Source: Macrostomum hystrix
Lineage: Eukaryota > Animalia > Platyhelminthes
Direction: 5' to 3'
DNA length: 64,000 nucleotides
Assembly (NCBI GenBank): GCA_950097015.1
Contig: CATNEN010000001.1
Location: 25,420,001-25,484,000, forward strand
Positions 1-12,182 of this stretch are shown here, piece after piece. Each line of letters opens with the position of its first letter. The first letter of the stretch is position 1. A program made the position numbers and the translations under genes. The notes beneath the pieces are model-generated. The model was not told the DNA's origin and made no database searches. It worked only from the letters and a program-made list of their open reading frames with translations.

Positions 1-210
1 CCAAAGCAGGCATGTCTCCAAAGCAGGAATGTCTCCAAAGCAGGCATGTCTCCAAAGCAGGCATGTCTCCAAAGCAGGCATGTCTCCAAAGCAGGCATGT
101 CTCCAAAGCAGGCATGTCTTCAAAGCAGGCATGTCTTCAAAGCAGGCATGTCTTCAAAGCAGGCATGTCTCCAAAGCAGGCATGTCTCCAAAGCAGGCAT
201 GTCTCCAAAG
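1..210. repeat. 17-bp minisatellite (CCAAAGCAGGCATGTCT), runs off the window start
   Basis: About 12 near-identical tandem units are visible. Confidence 0.95.
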
Positions 211-889
211 CTCGCATCTCCTGGAACTGCAGATTCTGTTGAAATCCAGCTAATTTTTGCACAATAAGCCAGCAGAAACTTTATTATTTAACAAGGCTTC
301 AATGTGTAAGCCCAAGCCCAACCTGAAGCTATATCGCGCTGGAAATCTTTGCCTGCAGCCTCGATCAGGGAGATATCGGCAGAACGGAATCCTCCCTCGG
401 TTTCAGAGCTGCAATTTTACAACCAACACTGCATGGAGCCCACACCTGCTGGAGTCCTATTCCCATTTATGTCGATGCGAAAAGGTGCTAAGAATGGCAG
501 TTAAATGCACATCTGTCGAAGTTGTAAAGCGAAGACGCCTGGTGGATAATAAAAGCTCACGCTCTTTACAATGCGACGATGCCGATGCATTGACTGACCG
601 GTCATTATCGATCGCGTCTCCGGGACATTGCGGGGAAATTTGTGGATTCTCGCGCCTGACTCGATCTATCGCTGGGATTCACATAACTCTTGGGATTTTA
701 TTACTCATTTTAGCCAGAAACTTCATCACGAGAGCCCTGAAATTATGCAATCAAGTTTTGATAACCGGATGAAAACTTGTTAGGACGAAGTAATTGCTTG
801 CGCATTCCATTCTTCTCAATCAAATCCCAGATCATGGAGACGGAGTAGTGACTCGCCCAGACCCGAGCCGACTTTCACAGACAACCAAA

Positions 890-2380
890 ATCTCACAAAC
901 CCGAATCTCACCAGCACGAATCTCACCCACCTCAATCTCACCCACCTATATCTCACCCAACTAAATCTCACCCACCTAAATCTCACCCATTTCAACCTCA
1001 CCCACCTGAATCTCACCACCTGAGTCTCATCCACCCGAATCTCACCCACCTGAATCTCACCCACCTAAATCAAATCCATCTGAAAATCACAGACCCGAAT
1101 CTCACTCACCTAATCTCACCCATCACAGAACCGAATCCTACAGACCTGAGTCCTACAGAACAGAATCTCGATCACAGAATCGAATCTCACAGAACCGAAT
1201 CTCACAGAATCAAATCTCACAGAACCGAATCCCACAGACCTGAATCTCACAGAACCGAATCCCACAGACCTGAATCTCACAGAACCGAATCTCACAGAAC
1301 CGAATCCTACAGACCTGAATCCTACAGAACCGAATCTCACAGAACCGAATCTCACAGACCCGAATCTCACAGACCTGAATCCTGCAGAACCGAATCTCAC
1401 AGAGACGAATCTCACAGACCCGAATCTCACAGACCTGAATCCTACAGAACCGAATCTCACAGACCCGAATCTCAAAGAACCGAATCTCACAGAACCGAAT
1501 CTCACAGAACCGAATCTCACAGAACCGAATCCCACAGACCTGAATCCTACAGAACCGAATCTCAAAGAGACGAATCTCACAGAGACGAATCTCACAGAAC
1601 CGAATCTCACAGAACCGAATCTCACAGAACCGAATCTCACAGAATCAAATCTCACAGAACCGAATCCCACAGACCTGAATCTCACAGAACCGAATCCCAC
1701 AGACCTGAATCTCACAGACCTGAATCTCACAGAACCGAATCTCACAGAACCGAATCTCACAGAACCGAATCTCACAGAACCGAATCTCACAGAACCGAAT
1801 CCTACAGACCTGAATCCTACAGAACCGAATCTCACAGAACCGAATCTCACAGAACAGAATCTCACAGAGACGAATCTCACAGACCTGAATCTCACAGAAC
1901 CGAATCCCACAGACCTGAATCTCACAGAACCGAATCCCACAGACCTGAATCTCACAGAACCGAATCTTACAGAACCGAATCCTACAGAACCGAATCTCAC
2001 AGAGACGAATCTCACAGAGACGAATCTCACAGAACCGAATCTCACAGAACAGAATCTCACAGAGACGAATCTCACAGAGACGAATCTCACAGAGACGAAT
2101 CTCACAGAGACGAATCTCACAGAACCGAATCCCACAGAATCAAATCTCACAGAACCGAATCTCACAGAGACGAATCGCACAGACACGAATCTCACAGACA
2201 CGAATCTCACAGAACCGAATCTCACAGAACCGAATCTCACAGAACCGAATCTCACAGAACCGAATCTCACAGAACCGAATCTCACAGAACCGAATCTCAC
2301 AGAACCGAATCTCACAGACCCGAATCTCACAGACCCGAATCTCACAGACCTGAATCTCACAGACCCGAATCTCACAGACC
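890..2380. repeat. 15-bp minisatellite (AATCTCACAGAACCG)
   Basis: Tandem units, degenerate at the 5' end; this array produces the spurious (RFGSV)n ORF. Confidence 0.95.
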
Positions 2381-2703
2381 CGCTCTTATCACATCGATTC
2401 TAAAGCATATTCAGTGGTTCTGTTCGGTTCTGTTGCCGTGCTACCAGCTTCGCTGTTCTGCTGTACACAGCAATCACTGCAGCAAATGCAAATTGGCTGC
2501 CTATCCACAATGCCATCTCGGCTTTGATTGGATTGATAAACCAGCGCTGCAGGAAAATGAAATCTGATGCAGCTGCAGTGCTCTGTGCTTGTAACGATAA
2601 GAATTGTCTCTCCTACATACACTGCTTGTGTATAGCTTTTCCTGCTTTGAAATGCAAGCTAGCATGTACTGTACGAGTAATTATATCGTTGGGCAAAGAA
2701 ACC

Positions 2704-4417
2704 GCTCAGCAACTGGACACTGTCATTAGCTAGCTGACAGGTGTGCTGATTTAAGGCTGAGCAACTGGACACTGTCATTAGCTAGCTGACAGGTGTGCTG
2801 ATTTAAGGCTGAGCAACTGGACACTGTCATTAGCTAGCTGACAGGTGTGCTGATTTAAGGCTGAGCAACTGGACACTGTCATTAGCTAGCTGACAGGTGT
2901 GCTGATTTAAGGCTGAGCAACTGGACACTGTCATTAGCTAGCTGACAGGTGTGCTGATTTAAGGCTCAGCAACTGGACACTGTCATTAGCTAGTTGACAG
3001 GTGTACTGATTTAAGGCTGAGCAACTGGACACTGTCATTAGCTAGTTGACAGGTGTACTGATTTAAGGCTGAGCAACTGGACACTGTCATTAGCTAGTTG
3101 ACAGGTGTACTGATTTAAGGCTGAGCAACTGGACACTGTCATTAGCTAGTTGACAGGTGTACTGATTTAAGGCTCAGCAACTGGACACTGTCATTAGCTA
3201 ACTGACAGGTGTACTGATTTAAGGCTGAGCAACTGGACACTGTCATTAGCTAGTTGACAGGTGTACTGATTTAAGGCTGAGCAACTGGACACTGTCATTA
3301 GCTAGCTGACAGGTGTGCTGATTTAAGGCTGAGCAACTGGACACTGTCATTAGCTAGCTGACAGGTGTGCTGATTTAAGGCTGAGCAACTGGACACTGTC
3401 ATTAGCTAGCTGACAGGTGTGCTGATTTAAGGCTGAGCAACTGGACACTGTCATTAGCTAGTTGACAGGTGTACTGATTTAAGGCTGAGCAACTGGACAC
3501 TGTCATTAGCTAGTTGACAGGTGTACTGATTTAAGGCTGAGCAACTGGACACTGTCATTAGCTAGCTGACAGGTGTGCTGATTTAAGGCTGAGCAACTGG
3601 ACACTGTCATTAGCTAGCTGACAGGTGTGCTGATTTAAGGCTGAGCAACTGGACACTGTCATTAGCTAGCTGACAGGTGTGCTGATTTAAGGCTGAGCAA
3701 CTGGACACTGTCATTAGCTAGTTGACAGGTGTACTGATTTAAGGCTGAGCAACTGGACACTGTCATTAGCTAGTTGACAGGTGTACTGATTTAAGGCTGA
3801 GCAACTGGACACTGTCATTAGCTAGTTGACAGGTGTACTGATTTAAGGCTCAGCAACTGGACACTGTCATTAGCTAACTGACAGGTGTACTGATTTAAGG
3901 CTGAGCAACTGGACACTGTCATTAGCTAGTTGACAGGTGTACTGATTTAAGGCTGAGCAACTGGACACTGTCATTAGCTAGCTGACAGGTGTGCTGATTT
4001 AAGGCTGAGCAACTGGACACTGTCATTAGCTAGCTGACAGGTGTGCTGATTTAAGGCTGAGCAACTGGACACTGTCATTAGCTAGCTGACAGGTGTGCTG
4101 ATTTAAGGCTGAGCAACTGGACACTGTCATTAGCTAGTTGACAGGTGTACTGATTTAAGGCTGAGCAACTGGACACTGTCATTAGCTAGTTGACAGGTGT
4201 ACTGATTTAAGGCTGAGCAACTGGACACTGTCATTAGCTAGCTGACAGGTGTGCTGATTTAAGGCTCAGCAACTGGACACTGTCATTAGCTAGCTGACAG
4301 GTGTGCTGATTTAAGGCTCAGCAACTGGACACTGTCATTAGCTAGCTGACAGGTGTACTGATTTAAGGCTGAGCAACTGGACACTGTCATTAGCTAACTG
4401 ACAGGTGTACTGATTTA
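2704..4417. repeat. 52-bp minisatellite with an internal palindrome (CTGTCA-TTAGCTAGC-TGACAG)
   Basis: About 33 contiguous units of GCAACTGGACACTGTCATTAGCTAGCTGACAGGTGTGCTGATTTAAGGCTGA, with no spacers. Confidence 0.95.
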
Positions 4418-4539
4418 TGAACTACGCACTTGTCGGATAGTCATTGTGGCATGGTATAGTAGTATTAGAGGCCTTTTGTGAACACACCTGGACGATCCCT
4501 ATGCAAAGCACGCGCATCACTAAGCTGGTACTCCAGGGT

Positions 4540-4600
4540 GCGTCAAGTCCCAAATGAATGTGGGCTCGCCGTGGATTCGAACTTGGGTACTTCAGTGCAC
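4540..4600 (-). mobile_element. Probable tRNA-SINE remnant
   Basis: The minus strand reads GTTCGAATCC (B box) followed by GGCGAGCCCACATTCATTTGGG, resembling GGCGTGGCCACATTCATTCGGG in the SINE at 6874. Confidence 0.4.
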
Positions 4601-4749
4601 TTTAATTACTTCGTCCTAAATGTTAGTTTGCTTGTGAATGAAATTGTAGGAAAAATCCTAAATCTGAGCGACTGCTGCAACCCAGCCGATGTTTTGCTTG
4701 TTGGCATGGTTATGTATAGAACTGAAAAAAGCAGAGGAGCAGACAGCGG

Positions 4750-6190
4750 CCAGATAGAAAACTGTTTGGAAGGCTCGCAGATACAGCCAGCGAGATAGTG
4801 GAAGAAGGAGAGAGAGTGAGCGACGGCCAGAGACCGATAAGGCGAAAAGACAATGGATTTCGGAGGCAGATAACGCGGCGGGCCGCAGAAATGAGTGGAG
4901 GGGAAGCGACTGCGATGCGGCAGGCCAGATAAGCTGGGCCTGAATTTTCACTGATGCCAAAAACTGCCAGCTCCTCTCTAATAGTAGACTGTCTGTGTAG
5001 ATTGGGGGCCGACAGGGGGATAGCGAAAGATGGAAAAGCTGCGATAAGCCGCCAAAGTGGAATAAGTAGCAGGGAGGGGGCAGGGGGAGATTGACACAGA
5101 CAAGAGAGAAGCGAGTGAGTCTGCGTGCGGTCGGTTGCGGCCCCGCAAACCAGCCATCCATCCACGTCCACGAGGCGGAGGTGGGTGGCTGGTGGCACGC
5201 TGGAAACCAGACCGAAGAGATATAGAAAACCGGAGAGAGGCGGGTTGGGAGAAAATAGACCAGAAGAAGATAACGCCGAAGAATAAGAATGGGCCCCATA
5301 GCCTGCCAGCCCGGGAGAACTGATAGTGAGGCCCGATTTCTCCTCTCTCTCGCTGTTCAAGCACTGATGCGCATCGGGCAGCCCCTCAGCTCCCTCGGCT
5401 AGATCTCTCGCGATAAGGTTCCAGGCGGACTCGCAGATTTGCCCGGCTGATAAAAAATTATAGGAAGGCCTGCTCCGGTCCCATGAAGGCGGGACCAAGT
5501 CGGCCAACCTCGGAAATCCCCGGTGCAAAATGGGAAGCTGGGAATAAATGAAGTGGAATGTTGGGAGGAGATGCGGGTCGGTAAGGCAAGCGAGAGAGAC
5601 GTAACGCGAGACGCCGATTCGAGTCCAACCCAGGGGAAAAGCCTGTTTCTCTGAGATAAGGAAAGAAGGGATGGAATTAGGGAGGCAGGCTCCACAATCT
5701 GACTTCCAATCTAAAACCGCGCCAGTGCACCGCCCCACTCCTTGAAAATCGATATAGACTAGGCAGGGGGAATCGCCTACCCAGTCAGAGCTGAGATAAG
5801 CGCTGCTGATAACAAAGACAGAGAGGAGGGAGGGAGGGAGAGCTGGTTTTCCCTGATCTGGAACCGGGCTTGCGGCTTTAGGACGGGGAGAGGACGAGGC
5901 TACGGGGGGATGGCCAGCCACCCCAGCGCCCCATCCGACAAACTGAACAACAAGCCCCTCCCCCTCGTGCCGCCCTCCAACCCCGGCCGAGCCACCGCGC
6001 AAACATTTCGTTATTTTAGCTAAAGCCAGTCCGCGCGAAGCGGAGGGGGTGGGTGGGTGTTTCTCGGAGTTGATATCGGACAGATAAGGCCGGGCCTCGC
6101 GCACACACACGCACAGATATTTAGTCCGGAGCCCTCGGCAGTTCAGTGTTCAGTCGACCCGCGAGATTACGCTACGGAGCGCTATCTGGC
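4750..6190 (+). promoter_or_regulatory. Putative GATA-factor enhancer (homotypic GATA site cluster)
   Basis: 11 WGATAR sites on the + strand (4752, 4793, 4868, 4927, 5268, 5321, 5448, 5654, 5794, 5807, 6082), plus CGATAA at 4835, 5042 and 5411. The DNA is non-repetitive and GC-rich, and lies just upstream of the FOG-like exon at 6528. Confidence 0.6.
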
Positions 6191-6527
6191 AGGAAAGGAA
6201 ACAAACCTGTGCTAAATCTAGCCCTCATCAGTGACTGATTAAATTCTCTACCAAAAAGCCTAGTCGCTCTGCTTTTGTAATATTATATAATAAATCTGGC
6301 AAACTAATTGGAACATTAGCCAGCTGAACAAGGCCAAGGAGCTTTGTTTTCAGACTTTTTCTCCCTTCGATTACAATTCGAGATGCATATTGCCGAGTTA
6401 TATAGAAATCGCGCCTCGTTAGAAGGTAAGCACACTCTATAGGGACTGCTTTAATGACATTTGTAGTCATTAAATTTCATTGAGTACATTAGAGAACTGT
6501 CGCGAGCATCAAACCGAACTCTTCCAG

Positions 6528-9500
6528 ACCTGACCTCAGAGCTACCCGACGGCCTAGAGTTTGACCGCGACTTGAACTGCTTGCGCGTCACCGAGTCATT
6601 CAGTCAGACTGCCAGCTGGGGTCCGTTCTGCTTTGAAATTGTGGACAATGCCTCTGATGCGCACCTGGCCGTACAGGTGAGATATTAAAAAAGTAATTAT
6701 ATTTTGACTATGAAATGAACTGCAAACAGCAAGGGTAACTATGCCTCTTCTTATGCCTCGTGTTATTAGTACATTTTTCCTATAAATGAGTACAGAATTT
6801 TGTGAAGAGATGCCATAGCCAAGTTTGATTACATTGACAAACATTCTAATTAAACTTTCTACGGCAGGTCAAAGGGGTCGGTGGCAGAGCGGTTAACGCG
6901 TTGCCTCTCGCACCTCGGTCCCTGAGCTCGATCCCGTGGCGTGGCCACATTCATTCGGGGCGGAGAGAAGGCTTGGGGGCTTGTCGTGCAATTTACGCCC
7001 TTTGGCTTTAGGGCCAACCTGCAAGGCAGAGTGAGAGTGTACACTGCCAGACGATGAGAAAGTTAAGGCAGATGTACACGCCTGTGTGAGAGTGTGCCTG
7101 CGTACGCTATCTGTGTGCGTGTGTGCTCAGGAGTCAGCGAAATGGGCAGAATTGCCACCTCAATGGCTGCCGGTCGAGTGTCACCAAATGATGTGCCATT
7201 GCCCGCAGCCCTCGTGAAATTATTATTATTATTTATTATTATTATTATTATTATTATACGGCAGGTCAAATTTGTGTCAAATGTTAAGAGAAAATTCTAG
7301 AAAAAATTCTACAATGAGACATTAAGGCCTCCCTATCTGTCTCACAAGCTTCTATCCCATAATTATGTGGGAGATAAGGTGAGAGAATAATGAATGCTAG
7401 GTGATACAGATTGCATGAGATTAGAGACCTTGTTTATCGAACTAAACACACTTTGAGTCCGGGGATTGTACAGCTCAGCGCAAAGTTACAAATCATTAGA
7501 AACACGCAAACATTATCTACATGCGATATGTGGCCTGTAGATCTTGTGCAATCAGCCACACTTGAAGACAATTATATTTCCCACGATTAGATAAGGCTGC
7601 AGGCCTAAAGTAATATTATTGTGCAGCAGCAACCTCAGATCCAACTTGGCCTTCGAACCCGACAGATCCGATTGAGAAGTTGATTTCCTACTAAAAGCAG
7701 TGAATTTGGCCAGCTTGAGTATGATAAGAGTTCGATAATGAACCACAATACTTTAGCTAATGCCTTCTAGGTCCCCCGGGATGAGACCGAAAAACTAGCT
7801 GTCACGGCTCCTGAACTCCTGCCTGCAGGCCCCTTAAACAACTGCGATCAACCTGAGAACTTCTTTGAGAACATTATGCTCCCGAGACTGTAGACAAGTC
7901 TATTGTTAGCTTGGATTGGACAAATGACACACGTGAAAATCTTCCAAAATCAAAAAAAAGATTTATCCTATAATTTATCCGATGATAACTGCGTTTACCA
8001 TTTTGTGCTGTGTCTGATAGACTAGGAGCTGTCTGATAGACTAGGAGCTGTCTGATAGACTAGGAGCTGTCTGATAGACTAGGAGCTGTCTGATAGACTA
8101 GGAGCTGTCTGATAGACTAGGAGCTGTCTGATAGACTAGGAGCTGTCTGATAGACTAGGAGCTGTCTGATAGACTAGGAGCTGTCTGATAGACTAGGAGC
8201 TGTCTGATAGACTAGGAGCTGTCTGATAGACTAGGAGCTGTCTGATAGACTAGGAGCTGTCTGATAGACTAGGAGCTGTCTGATAGACTAGGAGCTGTCT
8301 GATAGACTAGGAGCTGTCTGATAGACTAGGAGCTGTCTGATAGACTAGGAGCTGTCTGATAGACTAGGAGCTGTCTGATAGACTAGGAGCTGTCTGATAG
8401 ACTAGGAGCTGTCTGATAGACTAGGAGCTGTCTGATAGACTAGGAGCTGTCTGATAGACTAGGAGCTGTCTGATAGACTAGGAGCTGTCTGATAGACTAG
8501 GAGCTGTCTGATAGACTAGGAGCTGTCTGATAGACTAGGAGCTGTGTCTGTCTAACAGATAGGGAGCTGTGTCTAACAGATTGGGAGCTGTATCTAACAG
8601 ATTGGGAGCTGTGTCTAACAGATTGGGAGCTGTATCTAACAGATTTGGAGCTGTGTCTAACAGGCTAGAGCTGTGTCTAACAGATAGGGAGCTGTGTCTA
8701 ACAGATTGGGAGCTGTGTCTAACAGATTGGGAGCTGTGTCTAACAGATTGGGAGCTGTGTCTAACAAATGGGGAGCTGTGTCTAACAGATTGGGAGCTGT
8801 GTCTAACAGATTGGGAGCTGTGTCTAACAGATTGGGAGCTGTGTCTAACAGATTGGGAGCTGTGTCTAACAGATTAGGAGCTGTATCTAACAGATTAGGA
8901 GCTGTATCTAACAGATTAGGAGATGTGTCTAATAGATTAGGAGATGTGTCTAATAGATTAGGAGATGTGTCTAACAGATTGGGAACTGTGTCTAACAGAT
9001 TGGGAGCTGTGTCTAACAGATTAGGAGCTGTATCTAACAGATTAGGAGATGTGTCTAATAGATTAGGAGATGTGTCTAACAGATTGGGAGCTGTGTCTAA
9101 TAGATTGGGAGCTGTATCTAACAGATTAGGAGCTGTATCTAACAGATTAGGAGCTGTATCTAACAGATTAGGAGATGTGTCTAATAGATTAGGAGATGTG
9201 TCTAATAGATTAGGAGATGTGTCTAACAGATTGGGAACTGTGTCTAACAGATTGGAAGCTGTGTCTAACAGATTAGGAGCTGTATCTAACAGATTAGGAG
9301 ATGTGTCTAACAGATTGGGAGCTGTGTCTAACAGATTAGGAGATGTGTCTAACAGTTAGGAAACTTGTTTGTTTAATATATTGTTTTGATTGACTGCTAT
9401 CAATAAAGAATCAGTCTTACATTTTTCTCTTATTCAAAATACTGTACAGACAGCGGACAGTGCTCAAGATGCCGTGCGGCTGTTTGTCAGACTCAAAGTG

Positions 9501-12182
9501 AAAGGCGAGCGCTGGCTGATGCTGCTCAGCTTTGTCAACATCGATGCGGACTTCATCGGGGGAACTGCTGACGAAGGTGGAGCAGGTGTCGACAGCAACA
9601 CCGCCATTGTTGTCAACGGTGAGAATAGGAAGAATAAGGCGGAAAATAGCTTCTTTAATACATTTGCAGATAATATGTTTCTTAGAAAATCAGCTGAGAA
9701 AATGATTCTTAGAAATATGCATAGAAGCAGTTTCTTGAGGTTTATTAAAACCACCTGCCGAGAGGTATTATTAGAAAGGCTTATTTTATTGATTTTAAGA
9801 TTCAAGAAACTGTTTCTTGGCAAGTTAGTACAGAATGCAACTGTTACCTATAGTTTTTAAAACAACAGAGCTGTCTCACCTGGGATCTTCCAGTGCGCGA
9901 GCAGACGCTGTACCTGAAGGCTGATCGACCGCTGCGGCCGGGCGATCGACTCACCACTCGACTGACCAGCAGCGACGATGCCGACGAAGAAATTACCGCC
10001 GCCGACAATGCCGAGGCTGCTGATCCGCAGGAACTCCAGCAGGTCCGCGTAGAAGACGACGATTGCGATGATGACGAGTCCGCGTTGCGTCCTGAAGCAG
10101 CCGAGCCGCGGAAGAGAGCGGCGAGCGTCGACGCCTGCGGCTCCGACAGTCGGCTGGCCAAGACGCCGCGCCTGCAGACGGGCCGCGCCCAGCAGGCCGA
10201 AGCCGCCGTCCGCTCTCGGATCCGCAGCTGCGCCAGGTGCGGCCTGTACTTCACCTCGGCCTGGATGCTGCGCACCCACCGCCAGTTCCACGGCCTGTTC
10301 GACAGCGGCGCAGCCGCCCAGCTGCGAAGACGGCGGCGACGACCGCTGCGCGACAGTCGGCCGGAGCTGGTGCTGGCGGCTCCCGTGCTCAGTGACTGGG
10401 GCAGCATCTCCTACGTGCCAGTCAGCCCAGCGCAGTACTCGACTGAGGCTCCGCAGCGGCTGCAACTGCGGCAGCGAAGGCGGCAGCAGCAGCGCCTGGA
10501 GGAGCAACTGATGATGGAGCAGCAGGAAGCTGGCTCGGATGTTAGCGGGTGAGTATCTGTGCAAATACAATCTCTCTAATCAATGGCTTCAGTTTCTCGC
10601 ACCGCCTCTGATCTCTGAAACCCGCGATTCTGTGAAACCCAGCAGCGGCTGCTCGCCAGATCTGCCATCTGAGACCGCGGCGCTGGACCTGACCCTGCCC
10701 AGAGCGCCGTCTCCGCCGAGGAGCACCGTCAGTGCGGGACCATTGTCCAGAGCGGCCCCCAGCCTTCAGCAGCAGCAGCAGCCCAGGCAGCGCAGCCGGC
10801 CGCCAGTCGACGGCCTCGACCAGCAGAGCCGCCCGGGCCCAGAGCAGTCGCCGAGTCCGAGGAAATCTCAGCCTTCGGCCGGCCCCGTGTCCAGCCTGAT
10901 GAGTGTGTGCAAGGACTGCAAGATCGGCTTCTTCAACTACAACAACTACGTTGTGCACCGCTCTCTATACTGCCAGAGCAGCCGCTTGGCTCAGGGGGCT
11001 GGCACACCCGGCAACTCGGGCCGCACAGCCAAGCTGCCACTGCAGCAGCAGCAGCAGCCAACCATCCAGCTGCAGGAGCAAAAGCAGACTCCAATCCTAG
11101 CAGTGCCTGTTCTGCCAGCACCCAAGCTCGAGGCCCAACCCCCTGCGGCAGCCGGCAGCGCGAGTCACTCTCCCACTGGATCAGCTGAGCGCAAATTCCA
11201 GTGCCCCTACTGCCAGATCCGATTCCACTCGCCATCCACCCTCACAGCGCATCAGGCGTTCTACTGCCCGGAGAATCCAGACAAAACTGCGCCCTCCAAC
11301 ACGGCCACCAACACACTGCCATCGACTGCCGCAGCTCCAGCTGCTGCTGCTGCTGCTGCTGCAGCCTCTGCATCGACTGCCGACAGTTCGGCATCGTCAG
11401 CTGCCGCCACCGGCGACGCGGCAGGGTCCGGCTGCAGTCAGCCGTCCTGGCTGCCGATCTCTCTGGACGTCGGTGGAAGCGGAGCCGGCGGCTACAAGTG
11501 CTCCATCTGCGGCTACATCGGCCAGACTGAGCGCGGCATGAAGATGCACGCCAAGGTGCACTGCGGCTTCGGCGGCGGCAGCGGCCTCGGCACCGTGGCG
11601 GCTCCCAGCGGCGGCAGCTCCTCCTCAGCGCTGTCCCCATCGGAGACTTCAACAGGCGACGGCATCCGGCTGCCGAACGCCTTCGCCGGCGACCTGCTGT
11701 GCAGCATGAGCCCAGAGGAGCTCGGCATGCTGCAGCACAAAACACAGCCCTACAGCAAGCGGAGAACTTTTAAACGAGTGGCGCCGCCACTGGCGCAGCA
11801 GCAGCAGCAGACACTCCAGCTGCCACTGTCGCTTCACCCGGAGCTGCTCCGACATCAGCTCCAACAGCTGCATCAGCAGCACCAGCTGGCCATCTCTGCT
11901 GCCGGAGCCAGCGCCGCAGCCGCTGCTGCTGCGGCCGTTGCTGGAGCTGGCTTTCGACTGAGCCGATGCGGCAGAGACATCGAAGACGCTCAGCAGCAGC
12001 AGCAGCTGGATCAGCTGGTCTGCGTTCGCTGCGGCGAGTCATTTGAACAGCTGGAGTCCCTGCTGGAGCATCAGGAGACCGCCTGCGCCGGCCTGAGCAC
12101 CACTGCCGCGGCTGCCGTAGAAGCGGCGGCTGCGGCCGTCAAGCTGGAGGTGCGGGCAGCTGACAGCCTTGGCAGAGTTTAG
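6528..12182 (+). CDS. ZFPM: FOG/U-shaped (ZFPM)-like PR-domain CCHC/C2H2 zinc-finger protein, copy A; 5' exons not identified
   Basis: Phase-compatible exons are 6528-6676 (LPDGLEF...ASWGPF), 9450-9618 (RWLMLLSF...NTAIVVN), 9894-10548 (LYLKADRPLRPGDRL plus a C2H2 finger) and ~10643-12182. The first three rebuild a PR-like domain. The last has the FOG-type CCHC fingers CKDCKIGF..NYVVHRSLYC and CPYCQIRF..TLTAHQAFYC, a CSICGYIGQTERGMKMH finger and a CtBP-like ALDLT motif. The last acceptor is uncertain (10642 or 10645). Confidence 0.85.
6874..7256 (+). mobile_element. tRNA-derived SINE with a (TTA)n tail
   Basis: A box TGGCAGAGCGG, B-box-like GCTCGATCCC, (TTA)n tail at 7219-7256, and a 14-bp target-site duplication (TSD) TACGGCAGGTCAAA at 6860-6873 and 7257-7270. 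Confidence 0.85.
8007..8545. repeat. Homogeneous 19-bp minisatellite (GTCTGATAGACTAGGAGCT)
   Basis: About 28 essentially identical units, intronic in the FOG-like gene. Confidence 0.95.
8546..9360. repeat. 21-bp minisatellite (GTCTAACAGATTGGGAGCTGT)
   Basis: Tandem units related in sequence to the adjacent 19-mer. Confidence 0.95.

Noticed and set aside
257-772. 171-aa ORF as a FOG 5' exon
   Set aside because: It has no MSRRK-type motif, no recognisable homology and no convincing splice path to 6528.
2704-4417. CRISPR array (palindromic repeat)
   Set aside because: The units are contiguous with no unique spacers, there are no cas genes, and the context is eukaryotic. The same applies to every other array in the window.
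4710-6110. 466-aa minus-strand ORF
   Set aside because: It has no recognisable domain and a non-ATG start, and lies on the pyrimidine-rich strand of a skewed region. It is better explained as regulatory DNA, though coding is not excluded.
6874-6950. tRNA gene (also 14290-14360 and ~37620-37700 on the minus strand)
   Set aside because: A and B boxes are present but there is no clean cloverleaf. The first two have tails and TSDs, so they are SINE heads.
9844-12042. Antisense and alternative-frame ORFs over the zinc-finger, ANK, Gypsy and caspase exons
   Set aside because: These are shadows of GC-rich coding sequence.
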